DNA of 26,975 bases, from IMG/VR virus record IMGVR_UViG_3300020179_000149, positions 1 through 26,975 of that record; one strand, 5' to 3'. This document shows positions 24,724 to 26,975 of this stretch, piece by piece (positions within the stretch are counted from its first letter, which is position 1; each line of letters begins with the position of its first letter). The position numbers and the translations under genes were made by a program. Source of the stretch: a virus (taxonomy: Duplodnaviria; Caudoviricetes). The notes under the pieces were generated by a model that did not search any database, was not told the DNA's origin, and worked only from the letters and a program-made list of their open reading frames with translations.

Positions 24724-26973
24724 TTAATTGAATTGTCTGATAAGGTCTTCTTTGTGTCGCTTCAAATAGTCTAGTCTGTCAGCGACAATACGGCGAATAG
24801 CGTTTAAATGGTTTATTTCTGCCTGTGTAAGTTTCATGCCCGCTTGTTCCAGTTCCTGTTGAGACATAATTTGTTCAAGTTGTTTTTCCAAAACTCTTAT
24901 GGTGCGGTCAACGGTTCGCGCAAATCGTTCTCTGGCTTCTTGGCTCTGATGATTGAATCCTAAGCGTTTCAAACCCTCAATACCGTTATTCCATTCGTCA
25001 TGATATCCTCGTACGCCATCACGTTGCAGTCGTGCGCGATGATTTGCCACTTCGTCCTCCCATCGGTCTAGGCTTGGGGGGTTAACATCGTCTGCATCAA
25101 CCTCACCCTCTATTCCGCGACCATATGCGATTAGTCCGTGGTCAATTAACCCCAAACGGGCTTTGCCGTTCTGGTCAACCGTATACATAAAGTTTCCTCC
25201 GTGTCGGTCGCCATTTTTGAACACAAAATCCAACACGGAAATTCGCGCTGCGTCTTCAGGCGCTATATCTTCTGCGCCAACTTTAGGGTCACGCGGTAGT
25301 TTTTTGACGTCAGCCCATTCCTGTTGGGGCTTGACGCCTGCTCCGTGGTCCCAATCCATGATTCCACGCATCATCATCCACCGATGTCGTTTCCCTGTGT
25401 CCGCGTCTACTATTTCTTTTCCGATGCGCAAGTGTGCTCTGTCATTTCCTAATTGTATTGCTTCGGCGGCGCGCATCCCGATGCTCTCAAGCATCGCTCC
25501 GTGGTGACCATATACGGCTGCTTTGACAAACCAGGTTTGTCCAGTCCGTTTATCTCTTACCTTAACAACATCCCAAACACCGTTACCGCTACCGCCGGGA
25601 TGAACCTTGATTAACTCGAAATTGAATCTCCTGTTTTCCATTTCGCCACCCTCAGCCATGAACGCACTGAAACCCTTCGTCTGTAAATCTTCTTTGCTCG
25701 GAACATCTTTCTCATCAAAAATCATATTTTTGTTGCCGACATATGCAAGGCTTTCGTCAAACAATGCGTCAACAATCACCTCGTCAGCAACATCTTCTAT
25801 GGATACACCTTGATTTCCTTCGTGAACAGCCTTGACAGCATCTTCATAATTTCTAATCCGTATAGACCCTGGTCTACGAATCGGTGATGGTTCATTCGGA
25901 ACTATCAAACCACTGCCGTCAAATGTTTCGGTTTGCTGTGGTGCGACCTTGTCTAGGTGAGCGTCATATTGTTTGACCATCTTGTCAAGCGCGTTCATTT
26001 CTGCAGCGTGAACGTTTACGGAGTCCATTCTGTCTTTAAGTTCTTGCTGTTCGCGCTGAGACAATGCATCTAGTTTCTTTCCTTCGTATTCTTTCAATTT
26101 TAATTCAAGTATTTTCTGTGCAGCATCATACCCCTGACGCCATCTCAATGAAGCGTCGGCTATTTGATTGCGTCTCTTTCTCAACTCTTCAGGTGTCATT
26201 TGCGCAATATCGTTATCGGCAAATCCCAAGTACATTTTTTCTTTATTTTTGGCAAGCGTTTTAATTCTTGCTCTATATGCATCTCGTGTTTCTCCAGCAA
26301 GAGACCCGTCCTGCGGAATAATTTTTTCTAATGGAACTTGGTCTGCTGAACCGCCAAGAACGTTGACTGCTTCTGTTGGGCTCGGCACTCTCATATCTGG
26401 TGCTTCTGGTGCTTCTTCCAAAAACCCTTCATCCCTCTTCTTTAGTGCCCTGGCAACGAGTTCGCGCCTACGTCCAATATCCTGCTGAATTCTTGCAATA
26501 GCACCCAAAATTTCGTTTTGCCTTCGCTTGCTCAATTCGCCACCGCGGGTTGTTCGCTGGTCGCGGAGTTGTTTCATCATATTTGCCAACGTTGCTTGAT
26601 GCGCAATAATTGACCTTCGTTCGTCAAACATGAATTGTTCGGCTTTTTGAATATCGGTTATTTCAGCAATTCGCTTTTCATCAAGTTCTTTAATTCGCGC
26701 CCGTGCCCCTTTTTGTCCTTCATATTCTTGACGGATAAGATTTCTTTCCCCTTCATCAAGTTGTCGCCATCCCATACCGAGTGCTTCAATGAGTTCCTCA
26801 ACTGACGAGAAATTGTCAGCGTTCGCCGTATTCGCTTTTGGTGTTTTTGGTTTTTCTTTTTCTTTGTCTTGCGCAAGAATCGCGTTAAAAATCTGACCGC
26901 CTCGTGGATTCAGTTTCCCATTACGGTCATAAAACTGACCTAGGGCAGCCTCAATCTTTGCCCTATCTTCGTC
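24724..26973 (-). CDS. Large coiled-coil protein with C-terminal PI3/4-kinase/HipA-like kinase domain (5' truncated by window edge)
   Basis: PGGSGNG, TWFVK, MLESIG, VLDFVFKNGDRHGGNFM and LGLIDHGL. The frame stays open upstream of ATG 26775 to the window edge (DEDRAKIEAALGQFY...ELIEALGMGW). Confidence 0.85.
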   Translation of the reverse strand, partial: DEDRAKIEAALGQFYDRNGKLNPRGGQIFNAILAQDKEKEKPKTPKANTANADNFSSVEELIEALGMGWRQLDEGERNLIRQEYEGQKGARARIKELDEKRIAEITDIQKAEQFMFDERRSIIAHQATLANMMKQLRDQRTTRGGELSKRRQNEILGAIARIQQDIGRRRELVARALKKRDEGFLEEAPEAPDMRVPSPTEAVNVLGGSADQVPLEKIIPQDGSLAGETRDAYRARIKTLAKNKEKMYLGFADNDIAQMTPEELRKRRNQIADASLRWRQGYDAAQKILELKLKEYEGKKLDALSQREQQELKDRMDSVNVHAAEMNALDKMVKQYDAHLDKVAPQQTETFDGSGLIVPNEPSPIRRPGSIRIRNYEDAVKAVHEGNQGVSIEDVADEVIVDALFDESLAYVGNKNMIFDEKDVPSKEDLQTKGFSAFMAEGGEMENRRFNFELIKVHPGGSGNGVWDVVKVRDKRTGQTWFVKAAVYGHHGAMLESIGMRAAEAIQLGNDRAHLRIGKEIVDADTGKRHRWMMMRGIMDWDHGAGVKPQQEWADVKKLPRDPKVGAEDIAPEDAARISVLDFVFKNGDRHGGNFMYTVDQNGKARLGLIDHGLIAYGRGIEGEVDADDVNPPSLDRWEDEVANHRARLQRDGVRGYHDEWNNGIEGLKRLGFNHQSQEARERFARTVDRTIRVLEKQLEQIMSQQELEQAGMKLTQAEINHLNAIRRIVADRLDYLKRHKEDLIRQFN

Positions 26974-26975
26974 AC

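Noticed and set aside
26773-26775. ATG 26775 as the start of the second kinase gene
   Set aside because: The frame is open to the window edge with protein-like sequence, so the gene probably starts outside the window.

Overview
This window is part of a tailed dsDNA bacteriophage genome with an HK97-fold capsid, most likely a large actinobacterial phage (WhiB regulator, HGT-CRC-CR zinc-finger protein, many apparently leaderless genes). The left two-thirds hold DNA modification, replication and nucleotide genes: three N4/N6 DNA methyltransferase-like genes (one degenerate), two PD-(D/E)XK-like nucleases, DUF1599, WhiB, a primase-helicase, an HTH/terminase-small-like protein, a clavaminate-synthase-like Fe/2OG dioxygenase, MazG, a class II ribonucleotide reductase, a CX5R phosphatase and a thermonuclease. 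The right third is a minus-strand head-region module. The major capsid gene is flanked not by a visible protease or portal but by large multidomain proteins. Two tandem genes end in a PI3/4-kinase/HipA-like kinase domain, each followed at once by an unrelated ~100-aa ORF, which is a toxin-immunity-like layout. There is also a Cys-repeat (DUF3721-like) protein and an HDxxGH-motif protein. The best candidate for an undescribed system is this capsid-linked polymorphic kinase effector/immunity array. All family assignments come from motif recognition by eye, not database searches. No tRNA, rRNA or CRISPR array was recognised.
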